A DNA stretch of 64,000 nt from Rebecca billardiae RCC1528 (GCA_965240325.2 OZ251244.1:124001-188000); one strand, 5' to 3'. Shown: positions 45,328-57,449, numbered from the stretch's first letter. Program-made: numbers and translations. Notes: generated from the letters alone by a model not told the origin.

Positions 45328-48300
45328 ATGGGCCGAGAGGCGGCGGCGCCGCCGCCCGAGCCGCCGGCGTACCTGCGCGCGCAGTCGTCGCTCGTCATCT
45401 TCGAGGGCGCGCGGCGCAACACCGCGCCCCTCGGCGCGCTGCAGACGGGCGGGCGGCGCGACTACGACTTTGAAGGCTCTGTGCGCGCCGACCCGCCGAG
45501 CGTCTGCCGCGCGACGGGGCTGGCGCGCACGGGGATCTCGCGCCTGCCGGTGGTGCGGTGGTACCACGGCGAGCTCTCCGGCGAGCTCGCCCTCCGCGAG
45601 GTGCTCGACGCCGTCGAGTCGTGCGTCGGCGCCGAGTCGCGCGAGCGTCGGGAGCTGATCGACGCCGTCCGGCTGTACGGACACGCGTGCGACGTGCTGG
45701 GCGGGCCGGTGGGCGCGGCGATCGGCGGCGTGCCGCTCTCGCCGCTCACCGTCTCCGAGGCCGCGCCGCCCATCGCCGCCGGCCTCTGGGCGCTCGTCTT
45801 CTCGCAGCCGCCCGCGGACGCGATGCGCGCCGCGCTCGGCTGGGTGACGGCGGCCGAGACGGACGCAAACGGGCGCGTGGGCGCGACGCTCGCGCAGCTG
45901 CGCAAGGCGCTCGCGGGGATGAGCTCGGAGGAGGCGAACCTCGAGTTCAAGCGCGCGTGCCTCGCCACGCACCCCAAGCGCCCCGGCGGGCGCCTGGTCG
46001 AGCACGTGTGCGTGCACATCCACTACGAGCTCGTGCGCCACTGCTGGGAGACGGTGAGTGCGCGCGTGTGTGCGTGTGTGTGTGCGTGTGTGCGTGCGCC
46101 ACTGCTGGGAGACGGTGTGTGCGCGCGTGTGTGCGTGTGTGTGTGCGTGCGCCACTGCTGGGAGACGGTGTGTGCGCGCGTGTGTGCGTGTGTGTGTGCG
46201 TGCGTGTGTGCGTGCGTGTGCGTGTGCGCGCGTGTGTGCGTGTGTGTGTTGGCGTGCGCCGTGCGCCGTGCGCCGTGCTCACTCGCGCCGCTGCCCGCTG
46301 CGCCCGCGCCGCCGCGCGCGCACGCACGCAGTCGCACCCGGCGCTGTTTGGCGGCCGCGGCGGCAGCGGCGCGGACGAGGCGGAGGAGGGCGAGCTGCAC
46401 GAGCCGCAGGCGCACGACGCGCTCGCCGAGTGCGCGGTGCGCACAGCGCTCGAGTACGACCTGATCAGCGCGAGCGGCGGCTCCGCGCCCGCGCCCAAGC
46501 TCGGCGGCCGCGCGCTCGTCCCGCCGCTGCCGGGCGGGCTGGGCGTGCGCGAGTACAACGCGCGCGTCGAGCGGTACCTCTCGCACCTGTGCGCGGTGCG
46601 CGACGAGCTGGCAGAGGAGGTGGAGCGGCTGCAGCACAACGGCGCGTTCGCCACGCTCGGCGCCTCGCCCGACGACTCGACCGCCGAGCTCACGCGCGTG
46701 TACCGCGCGCAGGCCAAGCGGCTGCACCCGGACCGCAACGGCGGCGACAAGTCTGCGTTCCAGGAGCTGCAGCAGGCGTATGAGACGATCATGAAGGAGC
46801 GGCGCGCGGCGCAGGAGGCGGAGAGCGAGAGCGAGAGCTCGGACGACGAGGACGACTCGGTCGAGGCCGCGACCACGCCGCGCGGCGGCCGCACGCCGCG
46901 CGGGCCCAAGCCCAAGCCCAAGCCCAAGGCGGGCGCCGAGGGCGGCGACGGCGCGGAGGGCGCGGAGGCGGAGGGCGCGGCGAAGACGAAGACGAAGAAG
47001 GAGCAGCAGGGCGGCGGCGCGCCCGCGTCCGAGGACGCCGACGCCGCGCCCGGCGCGGACGAGCCCGCCGACGCCGCCCCGCCCGCCGCCGACGGCGCGC
47101 CCGCCGCCGCGCCCGGCTCTGCAGACGGCGCGGACGGTGCGGAGGCGGAGGCGGAGGCGGAGGCGGAGGCGGACCCGGCGGTGGCCGAGCTGCTCGAGTC
47201 GCTGCGCAAGGGGAAGGAGGCGGCGGAGCAGGCGGCGCGCGGCGCGAGCAGGCAGGGCGCGCGGCCCGCGCCCGACGGCGCCGAGGACGCCGGCTCCGCC
47301 CGCGCCGACGGCTCGGCCGGCGCCAAGCCCGGCGGCGGCGGCGGCGCCGACGGCGGCGGCGGCGGCGGCGGCGCGGAGCCCGATGGAGCGGATGACGTCA
47401 CGGGCGTGCACATCGGGGGCGTGCGCCCGCCGCCGCCGCTGCCGACGGAGGTGGCGTCGGAGCACGCCGAGCTCGCGGCGGAGCACGCGAGCATGTGCAC
47501 GCGCTCCTCCAAGATCGCCGCCTCCGTCGCCGCCGCCTCCAAGGCGGGCGGGCGCGGCGGTTCTTCGGTGCTCCTCTCCGCTGCCGGCCTCATCCTCGAC
47601 TGCGCGGAGAAGGCGGCGGGGCACGCGCGGCGCGCGGGCTCGGCGGCGGCCGCGGCGCCGAGCGCGGTGATGCCGACGCTGCACGGGCTGTGCGCCGAGC
47701 AGCTCGGCGTGAAGGAGGAGAAGGCGGTGCGCAAGCTCATGAGGTGCGCGCGCGCGGCCCGCGCGCCGAGCGGCGCGGGCGCGGCGCTGCGCGCTGCCTC
47801 CCGCGCGCCGCCCCGCCGCCTGAGCGCGCGCCGCCGCGCGCTCACGCGCGCTCGCCCGCCCGCCGCCGCGCCGCCCGTCCCGCTCGCGGCCGCGCGCCGC
47901 CCCCGCCCCTCGCGCGCGCGTCCGCAGCGTCGTGCTCGCCGCCGCCTCCGCGGGCGAGGCCTCCCTCGAGGCCGTCAACGAGCTCGAGCTCTCCACCGGG
48001 AAGAACGTCCGCGAGTCCCTGGCGCTGATGCGCGCGCACGCAGGCTCGCCGGTCGCGGCCGTGGCGGGGCCGCTGGCGGCGCAGATGCTGGCGCAGGTGG
48101 GCAAGGCGGCGGTGCGGTGCGCGGAGGCGGCGATGGCCGCGGCGATGGCGCTCGCCGACCTGCAGCAGCGCATCGACCGCGTCTTCCAGGTGCGAGCACG
48201 CCGCAGCACCGGCCGCGCGCCGCGCCCGCTCGGCGCGCCGCGGCGCACGCGCGGTGTCGCGCGGCGCGCTGTGCTGCCGCGGGTAGCGCGCGGCGCGCGC

Positions 48301-49336
48301 GCGGCGGTGACGTGTGCCGCGCACCGCGCGCACCGCCACGCCGCGTCACGCGCTCGGCCGACTCACCCCGCCCTCGCCGCGTGCCCACCCACCCCCCTCC
48401 TCCTCCGCCGCCGCGCGCCAGGACAACGGCAAGGAGGGCCCCCCGCGCAGAGGCCCCCACGCCAAGCGGCGCGGCAGCAAGCACGCGCACAGCCGCAGGG
48501 GCAGCAAGGCGGGGCAGAAGGGGGGCAAGGGCAGCGACGAGGAGGAGGAGGGCGAGGGCGGCGCGGAGGGCGGCGACAAGGAGAACGACCGCGGCGGCTC
48601 CTCCAAGCCCGGCGGGCCCAAGCCGGGCGCGCCCGCCTCGGAGGACGCCGCCGACCCTGCCAGCGCCGTGCCCACCCCTCAGAGTCCGGACGAGCGCCGA
48701 CTCCTGGAGAACCGGCAGCTGCTGCTCAAGCTCAACGCGCAGGTGGTCACGTCGCAGGCGAAGATCAAGCAGCTGCTCGGCGCGAGCCCGGGGCTGATCG
48801 CCGCCGTCACCGAGCCGCAGAAGGAGAGCCTCTTCGCGCTGCTCGCCGAGGCGATCGGCGACGCCGAGTCGAGGCTGGCGCGCAGATGGTGCGCGCGCGC
48901 GCGAGCACAGCCGCACGGCCGCGCCCGCGCGCCGCCGTGTCGCGGCGGTGTGCGCGCGGTGTGCGCGTGGGCGGCACCGCCGACGCCGCGCGATGCGCGC
49001 ACGCACATGCGCTGATGCGTCGCGCCCGCTGCCCGCGCGACGCCCCCCTGCCGCCGCCCCGCCCCCGGCAGGTACGAAGCCGGATGCGGGCAGCGGCTCA
49101 GCATGGCCGACTGGATCGAAGCAGTCCGGGAGGCGACCACCTTTGTGACGCATGGCGCCGCCACCGAGCGCATCGCGGTGCCCTACTCGCTGACGGCGCG
49201 GCTGCTGCGCGAGGCGGCGCTGGTGGACAACCACCTCCTCTGCTCCATCCTGCGCAAGGAGCTCTTCGACAAGGTGCGCCGCTGCGGCTGCTCGCCGCTG
49301 CGGCTGCTCGGCGGCCGCTCGAGACGGGCGCTGTGT

Positions 49337-49371
<35 letters not shown>

Positions 49372-49590
49372 GGCGTGCGCATGCGTGTGCGTGTGTGGGC
49401 GCGTGGGCCCCGCCTCGCCTCGCTCTGACACACCCGCGCACACCCGCCCCCCGCCCTCCGCCCCCCGCCCCAGATCCTGCTGCTCTCGCCGGACGCGCGC
49501 TCCAAGGCGGACGAGAGCGCGCTCGCAGACGTGCGCGCGCTCTTTGACGGCACGATCAGGGCGGTCGCCGCGCTCTCCGCCGCGCCGTGA
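45328..49590 (+). CDS. J-domain (DnaJ) protein; exons 45328-46053, 46332-47743, 47928-48189, 48422-48888, 49072-49273, 49474-49590
   Basis: FATLGASPDDSTAELTRVYRAQAKRLHPDRNGGDKSAFQELQQAYETI; five GT-AG introns all keep frame through to TGA at 49588-49590. Confidence 0.82.
46032..46250 (+). repeat. Triplicated 25-bp exon/donor junction embedded in a GT/GC microsatellite
   Basis: CGTGCGCCACTGCTGGGAGACGGTG at 46032, 46093 and 46146. Confidence 0.92.
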
Positions 49591-49869
49591 GGCGCGGCGC
49601 AGCCGCAGGGCGCGCGCGGGCGCGCGGCGGGCGGCAGGGTGACCGCCGCCCCGGCCGCAAACGCCGGGCTGTATGTACCGCACACACACACGGGCACCGC
49701 GCCGGCTCACTGGCACACGCAGTGCCGCACCAGACACTGCGACAGCCTGGCTCGGCGCGGACTCCGCGCGGACGGGCCACGGCACTGCATGTGCGGCGGG
49801 ACTCTTCCGGGGAGCCTGCCAAGTGTCAACCGACTTGGATCAGATGACGAACTACGATGAGACGATGAT

Positions 49870-51383
49870 TGTTAGACTGAAGAAGAAGCGCGGGTGCTCC
49901 CTACCGCGCGTGTGGGCGATAGGTCCACCGGAAATCGGAATCCGAATAGTCCGGAAGCGACCAGGCGGGGCTAGGACCGGCCCCGAAGGGGCAGGCGGAC
50001 GGGGTCACATCATCGGATGACGGATGATGGGTCAGGCAGCCCCAAACTCCCACGGGGAGCAGTTTGGGGCTCCGGACTGGCCGAGATAGTGCCGGATCGT
50101 GCCTCCGCCGGTACGTGCGGGTAGATGCGGAAACTTACCCGCGACTCCTGTGGAACGGTGTCTTCGAGGACTGGTGCCCAGTCTGACACTCCTCCTCACC
50201 GACCACAGCGAGGTGCGGTGCCTGAGTGCGCGTGCGCGTGTGCGTAAGTGTGAGTGGGGGCGTAAGGCGAGCGTGCGTGTGCGTGCCCGACTGTCTAGCT
50301 GCCAAGCTGTCCGGAAGCTGCGAATCGCAGCAGCGATCGAGGGACGTCTGGAGTTGCTCGCGAATCCGTCCGAGCAGTCGTACTCCAGTGCATGGACGCC
50401 TGCCGAGCTGGCTGACCAGGCTCGGGCTCGGCTTGGGCGTCGACGGGGGCGTGGTGCCCCAGGCAGTTGATCGAGTGATCGTGTGGTCGTGCCAGCTGCT
50501 GTGGACTTACCGAGATCCACCTGCCTGCTCCTCCTCGATGGGTCGCGTCGACGGCGACGGCGCACCACCGCGTGTGGGCTGGTGCAATGGGACATGGACT
50601 GGTCTCACGCGTAGAACCTTGTGTCGGCTTCGGCCGCAGAATGACGCTGCCTCGCAACCGTGTGTCACGAAGAAGCTGCACATAGCGAGCGCGGAGATGA
50701 TCGAGCGGCGCGCGGTGTCGATCGACGTGATCGTACCCGCTGTCGCCTAGTGAACGCGTAGATCGCGCCTCATCTCCTCCTTGCAAGCTGCTCGGCCATC
50801 TTGGCGGTCGAGGGCTGCATTCATGAAGTCAATCGACTTGGTGTCGAGACTCCTCCTGCATCTGAGCAGGGCGTGCGACTCGGCGCACGATGACGACGCG
50901 AATGTCGTCGGAATGAGGTACGTCAACACATCCTCCTTGAAGGCTGCCGCGGTTGGACTAGCCTGCCTTGGACCATCCGACTCGGATGTGAATCGTCTCG
51001 CGAGCTCGCAACGCGCGATGCGCGCGAGCGCGTTCCTTGCGCCAGCGAGGTCGGGTCCGGTAACGAGCGCGTCTCGTTGCTGACTCCGATACCATGTTAG
51101 ACTGAAGAAGAAGCGTGGGTGCTCCCTACCGCGCGTGTGGGCGATAGGTCCACCGGAAGCGACCAGGCGGGGCTAGGACCGGCCCCGAAGGGGCAGGCGG
51201 ACGGGGTCACATCATCGGATGATGGGTCAGGCAGCCCCAAACTCCCACGGGGAGCAGTTTGGGGCTCCGGACTGGCCGAGATAGTGCCGGATCGTGCCTC
51301 CGCCGGTACGTGCGGGTAGATGCGGAAACTTACCCGCGACTCCTGTGGAACGGTGTCTTCGAGGACTGGTGCCCAGTCTGACA
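49870..51383 (-). mobile_element. Complete 1514-bp non-autonomous LTR retrotransposon (TRIM-like)
   Basis: LTRs 49870-50188 and 51095-51383, each TGTTAGACTG...CAGTCTGACA; 5-bp TSD ATGAT; minus-strand PBS TGGTATCGGAG next to the 5' LTR; PPT GGTGAGGAGGAG next to the 3' LTR; no pol motifs. Confidence 0.95.
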
Positions 51384-51592
51384 ATGATATCGAGTCTCAT
51401 ATCTGAGACCGGACATCTTTATATTTAAAAAGGCGGCCAGACGGTCTTCGAGTCGAGAGGTTACTACTTACTGGCATGCGGACTCGGACTCGGTCCGCCC
51501 GAAGACCCGAAGTAAGTAAGCCTCGAGTGGCTCGACGGCCCGCAGCCGGTGCTGCCCGGCCCGCCCGGCTGCGTTACGAGGCGGGTGACTTA

Positions 51593-52028
51593 CAGTTGAG
51601 TAGTATTTGTTTTATAACGTGCGTAAGGCTCACGGTGGCAGGTTCAGGTTGCCGCGCCATCCTTCATCGCACGCTCTCCGAAGACACATTTCTTGAGAGA
51701 CTGCAGTGGGCGTGAGGTTTCGAACTTTCGATCCACCAGGCGGCGGCCGGTGCTTGTTCCATACTACTACATCCTGTCGGCGTGCTGTTGCATCGGCGCC
51801 CGGTCGGCGAGTTCGGACGACGACGTTTTGTGGACGACGGTGGGGCGAGGACGACGGGCGCTGGCGCGCCGCGAGGCGGCCGCAGCCCTCGTCCAGGCCT
51901 CGCAGGCGGACGGCTGAACGCATTTTCCGGCGGCGCAGCCATCGGCGACGGCTTCATGGGCGGTGACAGTTGGCGGGCGTCGATCTCGCCTGCCTGAGCT
52001 GTGTGCGTCTCTTATTCTTAGTAAACTG
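51593..52028. mobile_element. Tc1/mariner-like non-autonomous element (right end clear, left end degenerate)
   Basis: 51927-52028 is nearly identical to 1414-1515 and ends ACTG-TA; possible left end TA-CAGTTGAGTAGT...TAACGTGCG at 51591. Confidence 0.5.
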
Positions 52029-52818
52029 TACAACCAAGGTAGGAGCGCTCGTTGGAACTTGAGCGGGGGTGGAACTTGACACCGCATTTCCCAGCGAAGT
52101 GCCCCATCTCGGCGGGGCTGGCACGGTCGGCACACGCTCCTGAGCGCTCGCTTCGCGGTGCGGCAGGCCTTGGGCAGCCCAGACAGACATGCCGCGACCG
52201 AATTACCGGGCCATGCGCGCACCACACCCGCGCTACATGGCCTGCGCGCTGGACGACTGAGAGGCAACGCCGAACCACTGCATTCCACTGCCCCGCATGC
52301 ACCCCGAGTCACCTTCAGAGGGCGTCGACCAGCGCAGAGCGGGTGCGTGGGAGTTCGACCAACTCGTGTACCTTCTTGCAAGCACCAGCGGCGAGGTCGC
52401 AAGCCGAACCTTGACCAGCCGTGGAACTTGAGCTGGTCGGCAGCAAAACCACCGTTCAACCCGGATCAAGTTAGCAGCGTGCGAGGAGGAGGCGCGGTGC
52501 GCGTCCGCGGCTGGCGAGAGGCGTCCGGACCGTGCCGTTCTCGGCCGCGCCCGCGCGCTTCCCGCCGCCGCGGGCCCCGTGTACGCCCGTCGTCGCCCTC
52601 GCCGCGGGGGCGCCAAACCTGAGACCTGACCGACCAACCGTCATCGTGAGTCGTGACAATCCCGCACTGGCGCGACGAAAAGACGAACGAGTGCAGCGGC
52701 GTCGCGCGCGGGCGGTCGAGCATCACTTGAATACACGTGCGAGCTCTCCTCCCGCGAGGCTCGCTGGCCCGATCGCCGTCCTCAGCTCCTAGCGTAGCCG
52801 CACGTGCGTCTCGGCTCG

Positions 52819-54588
52819 ATGCATCCGAGCGCTGCTTCGGCGCTGCTCACCGAGGCGAGCGCTCGCGCGTCAAAGCTGGTTCATCCCGTCAAGCTCGACC
52901 TTGAGGCGCTGGAGACGCTCCTCACCGCGCTGCGCGCTCAGCCTCCGGACACCGAGGCGATGATCATGGCGCTCGTCCCGTTCTGCGCTGATTGGAAACA
53001 TGTAGACGCGCACGGGGATGCGATCGGCGAATCGCAGTCACTGCCGGCGCTGGTGCAGCTCCTCGCGCCCGAGCGCACCGCCGAGGTGCAGCTGGCTGCC
53101 ATGACGGCTCTCCTCGCTCTGTACCGCATTGGCTCCGTGTGCTTCGCGCTCGTGGGCGCTGGCCTCATCCGTCCGCTGGTGTCGCTGCTGGGCTCGGCTG
53201 AGGAGTGCGTGCAGGCCCGGGCAGCTTCTCTGATCGGCAGGGTTGCCATGTACTGCACTCAGGAGGATGAGGCCGTGATGATCGCTGCTGAGGGCGAAAG
53301 CGTGCAGCGGCTCATCCCGCTGCTGCGCTCTGCTGACGAGATGGCGCAATGCGATGCAGCGCATGGCATCGGCTCCTTTGCTGAGTCGGCCGCCCTGCGG
53401 AACGGCCGCGCTCTGGTCGAAGCCATCCCGCCGCTCGTGCAGCTGCTGGGGTCTGCCAACGCGCGCGTGCAGCATGGGGCAGCATGGGCCATATACAGGG
53501 TCGCTATCGAGACGACCGAGGCTACGACCTATCACGGGGAATTGATGGCGAATGGCTTCTGCGAGCGTGTGGTGCAGCTGCTGCTGGCCGCATGGGACGA
53601 GGGCTCCGACCAGGGTACGATGTCGATCACAGTGAACGATGCCGGTGCAACGCTGCAGGCCATCTTCAGCGATAACAATGATGCGCATCGAGAAGCCGTT
53701 GCGAGCACGCCTGGCCTTGTCGGCGCGCTGATGCGCATTACGCACGGCCCCAAGGAGGAGATGGCGGCACGCTTTGCGGACTTCTCCGCGCAGGAGTTGC
53801 TCGAGGCCCTGCTGCTCCACGCCACCGAGGACGTGCGCTACTGTGCGCTCGCCTCAGCAGCCGAGTCGCACGCGCAGCTCGCCCACAGCGAGGCCGGGCT
53901 GCGCGGTGCGCATGCGCGGCTGCATGCCAAGCTGTGCTCTCTGGCCGATGCGGTGGGCGAGCCCACGCGGCAGCACGACGTGGTGCTGCAGTGCGCGGAC
54001 GGCACCGAGCTGGGCGCGAGCCGGCTGCTGCTCGCGCGGCACTCCGAGTACTACGAGGCGCAGCTGGGCGGCGGGCTGGCGGAGGGCGGGCAGCGCGAGG
54101 TCCGGGCCGACCCGGCCTTCTCCTCAGCGGCGCACGAGGCGCTGCTGCGCCAGCTGCACTCGGCGGGGGAGGCGCCGCTGCCGGTGGAGCCGTCAGTGCT
54201 GCTCGAGCTGCTGCGGCTGACGAACAAGCTGCAGCCACCAATGCCGCCAGTGGCAGCAGCTGCGGGCTCGGAGGACGCGCCTGCGGTGCACGCCGAGGCC
54301 AACGTGCCGGCGGGCGTGGCGCGCCGGTGCGAGGACGCGCTGCTGGCTGCTCTGGACGTGGACAACTGCCTCGACCTGCTGCGGCACGCCAAGGCGGCGG
54401 GCGGGTGTGCTCGGCTGGTGGAGGGCGTGCGCGCGCTGGCGAGGGAGGAAGTCAAGGCGATCGTGAAGCAGGAGCGCTGGGCCGCTTTCAAGCGCGACGA
54501 CCCGGCGGAGGCGTGGGAGCTGATGGAGACGCTGGCCGTCGACTTGGCGGACGAGCGCGCGGCCAAGCGGCAGTGCTTGGCGGTGTGA
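52819..54588 (+). CDS. Armadillo-repeat + C-terminal BTB(/BACK-like) protein
   Basis: ARM units (LPALVQLL, LIRPLVSLL, IPPLVQLLGS..VQHGAAWAI); BTB HDVVLQCADGTELGASRLLLARHSEYYEAQLGGGLAEG; then CEDALL..LDVDNCLDLL. Confidence 0.88.
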   Translation: MHPSAASALLTEASARASKLVHPVKLDLEALETLLTALRAQPPDTEAMIMALVPFCADWKHVDAHGDAIGESQSLPALVQLLAPERTAEVQLAAMTALLALYRIGSVCFALVGAGLIRPLVSLLGSAEECVQARAASLIGRVAMYCTQEDEAVMIAAEGESVQRLIPLLRSADEMAQCDAAHGIGSFAESAALRNGRALVEAIPPLVQLLGSANARVQHGAAWAIYRVAIETTEATTYHGELMANGFCERVVQLLLAAWDEGSDQGTMSITVNDAGATLQAIFSDNNDAHREAVASTPGLVGALMRITHGPKEEMAARFADFSAQELLEALLLHATEDVRYCALASAAESHAQLAHSEAGLRGAHARLHAKLCSLADAVGEPTRQHDVVLQCADGTELGASRLLLARHSEYYEAQLGGGLAEGGQREVRADPAFSSAAHEALLRQLHSAGEAPLPVEPSVLLELLRLTNKLQPPMPPVAAAAGSEDAPAVHAEANVPAGVARRCEDALLAALDVDNCLDLLRHAKAAGGCARLVEGVRALAREEVKAIVKQERWAAFKRDDPAEAWELMETLAVDLADERAAKRQCLAV

Positions 54589-54679
54589 ACCGTGCGCTGA
54601 TGACAACTCCACCGCCACCAGTTCCGAGCGGGGCTTTCCCTCTCTGGAGCGAGGCGCTGGCGTCGTCGTGGCGCGCGCT

Positions 54680-54880
54680 GACGATCGATGACGACGATGA
54701 CGATGATATGATGATGATGATGACGATCGTAGCCGCCTGTATGATGATGTGCTGATATGATGACGACTAGAAACGCGTAGTCACGACGGCATGCATACCG
54801 GACTCGATTATATCAGATATATATATAATATATATATATATATATACTCTCTCTCTCTCTCTCTCTGCTCTCTCTCTCTC
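54680..54880. repeat. Compound microsatellites (GAT/GAC, TA, CT)
   Basis: Read directly from the sequence between two convergent genes. Confidence 0.9.
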
Positions 54881-55123
54881 GATCTCTACAGCACGCATAT
54901 ATTATTATATTAGTCCACCGCCCTGGCATGCAGGCTGACGAGACGTCATCACTACTCAGACTCAGTCACTCGGCCCAGGCGCGGCCCAAGCTGAAGCTCC
55001 GTCGCTGTCACACTCACCGTCTGACTACCCGCGTCGCGCGCACACGGGTCGTCCGCCCGCTCGGACAGGCCGCCTCCCGTGCGCGCCGGCGGGGGCGCGG
55101 CGCGTCGCCCGTCCCCTTGCCCC

Positions 55124-55963
55124 CTACGCTGCCCGCGCCCCGTACGTGTCGACCAGGTAGTCGACGATGGCCTTGGACTCGGCCATCGCCGCGCCCGTGT
55201 TCGGGTCGAGCAGGTACGGGCACTGCGACGAGCCGCCGGTGAGCTCGCGCAGCTGCGCGCGGCGGGGCGAGCCCTTGCCCGCGCTGTACAGCACGTACGG
55301 CAGGTCGAGCTCGCACAGCGCCTCGCGCACCAGCCGGCAGAACTGGTTCGCCTCGTACGACCACAGCTGCAGCGGCTGGGCGGGCGGCGCCCGCGCCGAC
55401 GCGCCGCCCTCGCCACCGCCCGCGACCGCGGCGCCGCGGCCGAAGCGCAGGAGCGAGGGGAGCGCGGCGCCGAGCGCGGCGGCGCCGCCGTCGAGAAAGT
55501 CCTCGCTCGGCAGCCCCGCCCCCTCGCCGTACGCCTCGAGCAGATAGCGCACGATGTCTGCGCTCTCGTACAGCGCGGCGCCGCTCGCCTCGTCCACCAG
55601 GTAGGGGAACTGCGCCTTGCCGCCGCGCGCGACGACCTCGTCGCGGTGGCGGGAGCCGCGGCCGCACGGCTTGACGGTGAGCGCGAGGTCGAGGTATGTC
55701 ACCGCCTCGCGCACGCGGCGGCAGAACGGGCACGCCTCGAACTCGTACAGCGTGAGCGGCGCGAGCGCGGGCGCCGCCGCGCGCGCGGCCGCGGCGTCGC
55801 TCACCTGCGCGCCGTACTGCAGCCGCGTCATCGAAGCGAGGCCACTCGTGAGCACGTCGACCGGTGTCACCCGCGCCACCGCGGCGGCGGCGGCGGGCGC
55901 GCGCAGGGCGCCGATCAGCGCCACCGACGCGAGCGCGCGCATCAGCGGCGCGGGCGCGGGCAT
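55124..55963 (-). CDS. Tandem GST-N/thioredoxin-fold protein (2xGST_N type), probably plastid-targeted
   Basis: LYEFEACPFCRRVRE...QFPYLVD...LYESADIVRYL and second domain LWSYEANQFCRLVRE...QCPYLLDPNTG..MAESKAIVDYL; N-terminal signal-like peptide. Confidence 0.9.
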   Translation of the reverse strand: MPAPAPLMRALASVALIGALRAPAAAAAVARVTPVDVLTSGLASMTRLQYGAQVSDAAAARAAAPALAPLTLYEFEACPFCRRVREAVTYLDLALTVKPCGRGSRHRDEVVARGGKAQFPYLVDEASGAALYESADIVRYLLEAYGEGAGLPSEDFLDGGAAALGAALPSLLRFGRGAAVAGGGEGGASARAPPAQPLQLWSYEANQFCRLVREALCELDLPYVLYSAGKGSPRRAQLRELTGGSSQCPYLLDPNTGAAMAESKAIVDYLVDTYGARAA

Positions 55964-57449
55964 GGCGTGATGGCGATTCCGGAGAAAAGAAAAGCCGGAC
56001 CTGACGGTGAGGACCTCCTCCTCACTCTGAACTCCTCGGAGCACGGCCGGAGGAGTGAGGACCGCCGCGGAACGCCCAAGTCTAGTGCACGACAGCACGA
56101 GCTGCTCGGCGCACGGCTGTCGCGTTCCGCTTCGGACACGCGCGCAGTGCGCGTGACACTGCGGTTCTGCATCGTGACGCGCTCCGAAAGTTCGTTCTTT
56201 GGAAGTTCGCCTCCCATTCCGCCTCGCCGCAGCCGCCTGAGACAGTCCGGTGACGGCCCGAGCACGCATGCATCAGCCTGCGGCATCGCCGCGCAAAGCG
56301 TCAAGCATGGCATTTGACTTGTGGTACACTAGAGCCGTGACGACAGCTTGCCCAGAAAGCCGTGCGCCCGCGTCGAATGCCATGGGCTGCCTCAACGGTC
56401 ACTAGCGCCCCGACCATTGCCTAGTGAGCACTGCGCCGCACCGATTCCCACCGTCGTCGGCCACTGAGTCTGAGTGAGTGCCTCACAACTGAGTACTGAG
56501 CAACCAGATTCAGATTGCAGCGGATCTGATGGACATTAGACAAGGTACTCGGCAGCACACGGTCGCGGTCGCGCCAGGTGGAGCCTTATCACACACAGCG
56601 CACATAATTCGCGCCTGTGTTGCCAGACACGCCGCCCGGATGGCGGGCAGGTGCGCGCACTGCGATTCACTTGATTCAGCCCGCGGAGGCCGCTAGTGGA
56701 CTGACGCTTTGTGCCGCGATGCGTGCACACACGCATGCTAGATTGCTCGGCTTGCGGGCGCAGCGGAGTGCGGCACCAGGGGCGATGAGCGACACGCGAC
56801 AAGCATCGTGATGCATATCCGCCTGCACCCATCAGGCGTGGACCGCAGCCGAAGCATTATTATTGCGATGACGCGAGTAGCGATGAATCGGTGCAGCAGG
56901 CGCGACGCTCATCAGTCATCAGTGCCAAACGCCGTGAAGAAGCGCGCGGGCAAACATCAGGCGCATCGGATTACAATTAGGAGATCGTCATATTCATCAA
57001 CGGCTAGCGAGCGGGCTCGTCCTGCCCAGTCGGGATGTAGCGTTCAAGCGGCGATGGCTGCTTGATTGCCTTGATGCCATCAATCCGGACTATGTGGCGG
57101 TAAAAATGTAATCTGAAGATGAGCGCGCGGAAAGATCCCGACTCATAAACTGAGCGGCATTTCCGCCGCGTGCGCGCGTGCGGAAGAACTCGAGTCATCA
57201 CCCCACACGATAATGAATAGTGTTTCTCTACTCCTGTCTTGTATTTGCAAGAGCAGGTAACATTTACAGGTACAACGACAAGGCCCTTGACAAGGCACTT
57301 GGACGGCGGGAGGCACGGCCACCCGCCCGCGCGCGCGCGAGCCCGCGTTTCGGGCGAGGCAGTTGGCTGGGGCCCTCCGACCCGCAAGCAGCTGGCGTCG
57401 CGTCCGAGCATCTCCACGGTCGACGCGCGCGCTCGGCGACGAAGCGCCG

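Noticed and set aside
46032-46170. CRISPR-like array (25-bp repeat x3)
   Set aside because: The spacers are microsatellite, the repeat is an exon/intron junction, the context is eukaryotic and there are no cas genes.
50189-51094. gag/pol coding region inside the LTR element
   Set aside because: Only short interrupted ORFs; no RT, integrase, protease or clear zinc-knuckle motif.
56255-56750. Short inverted similarity (TGACGCTTTG.G..GCGATGC) at ~56283-56303 and ~56702-56722
   Set aside because: Only ~20 bp with mismatches and no TSD; cannot be supported as an element.
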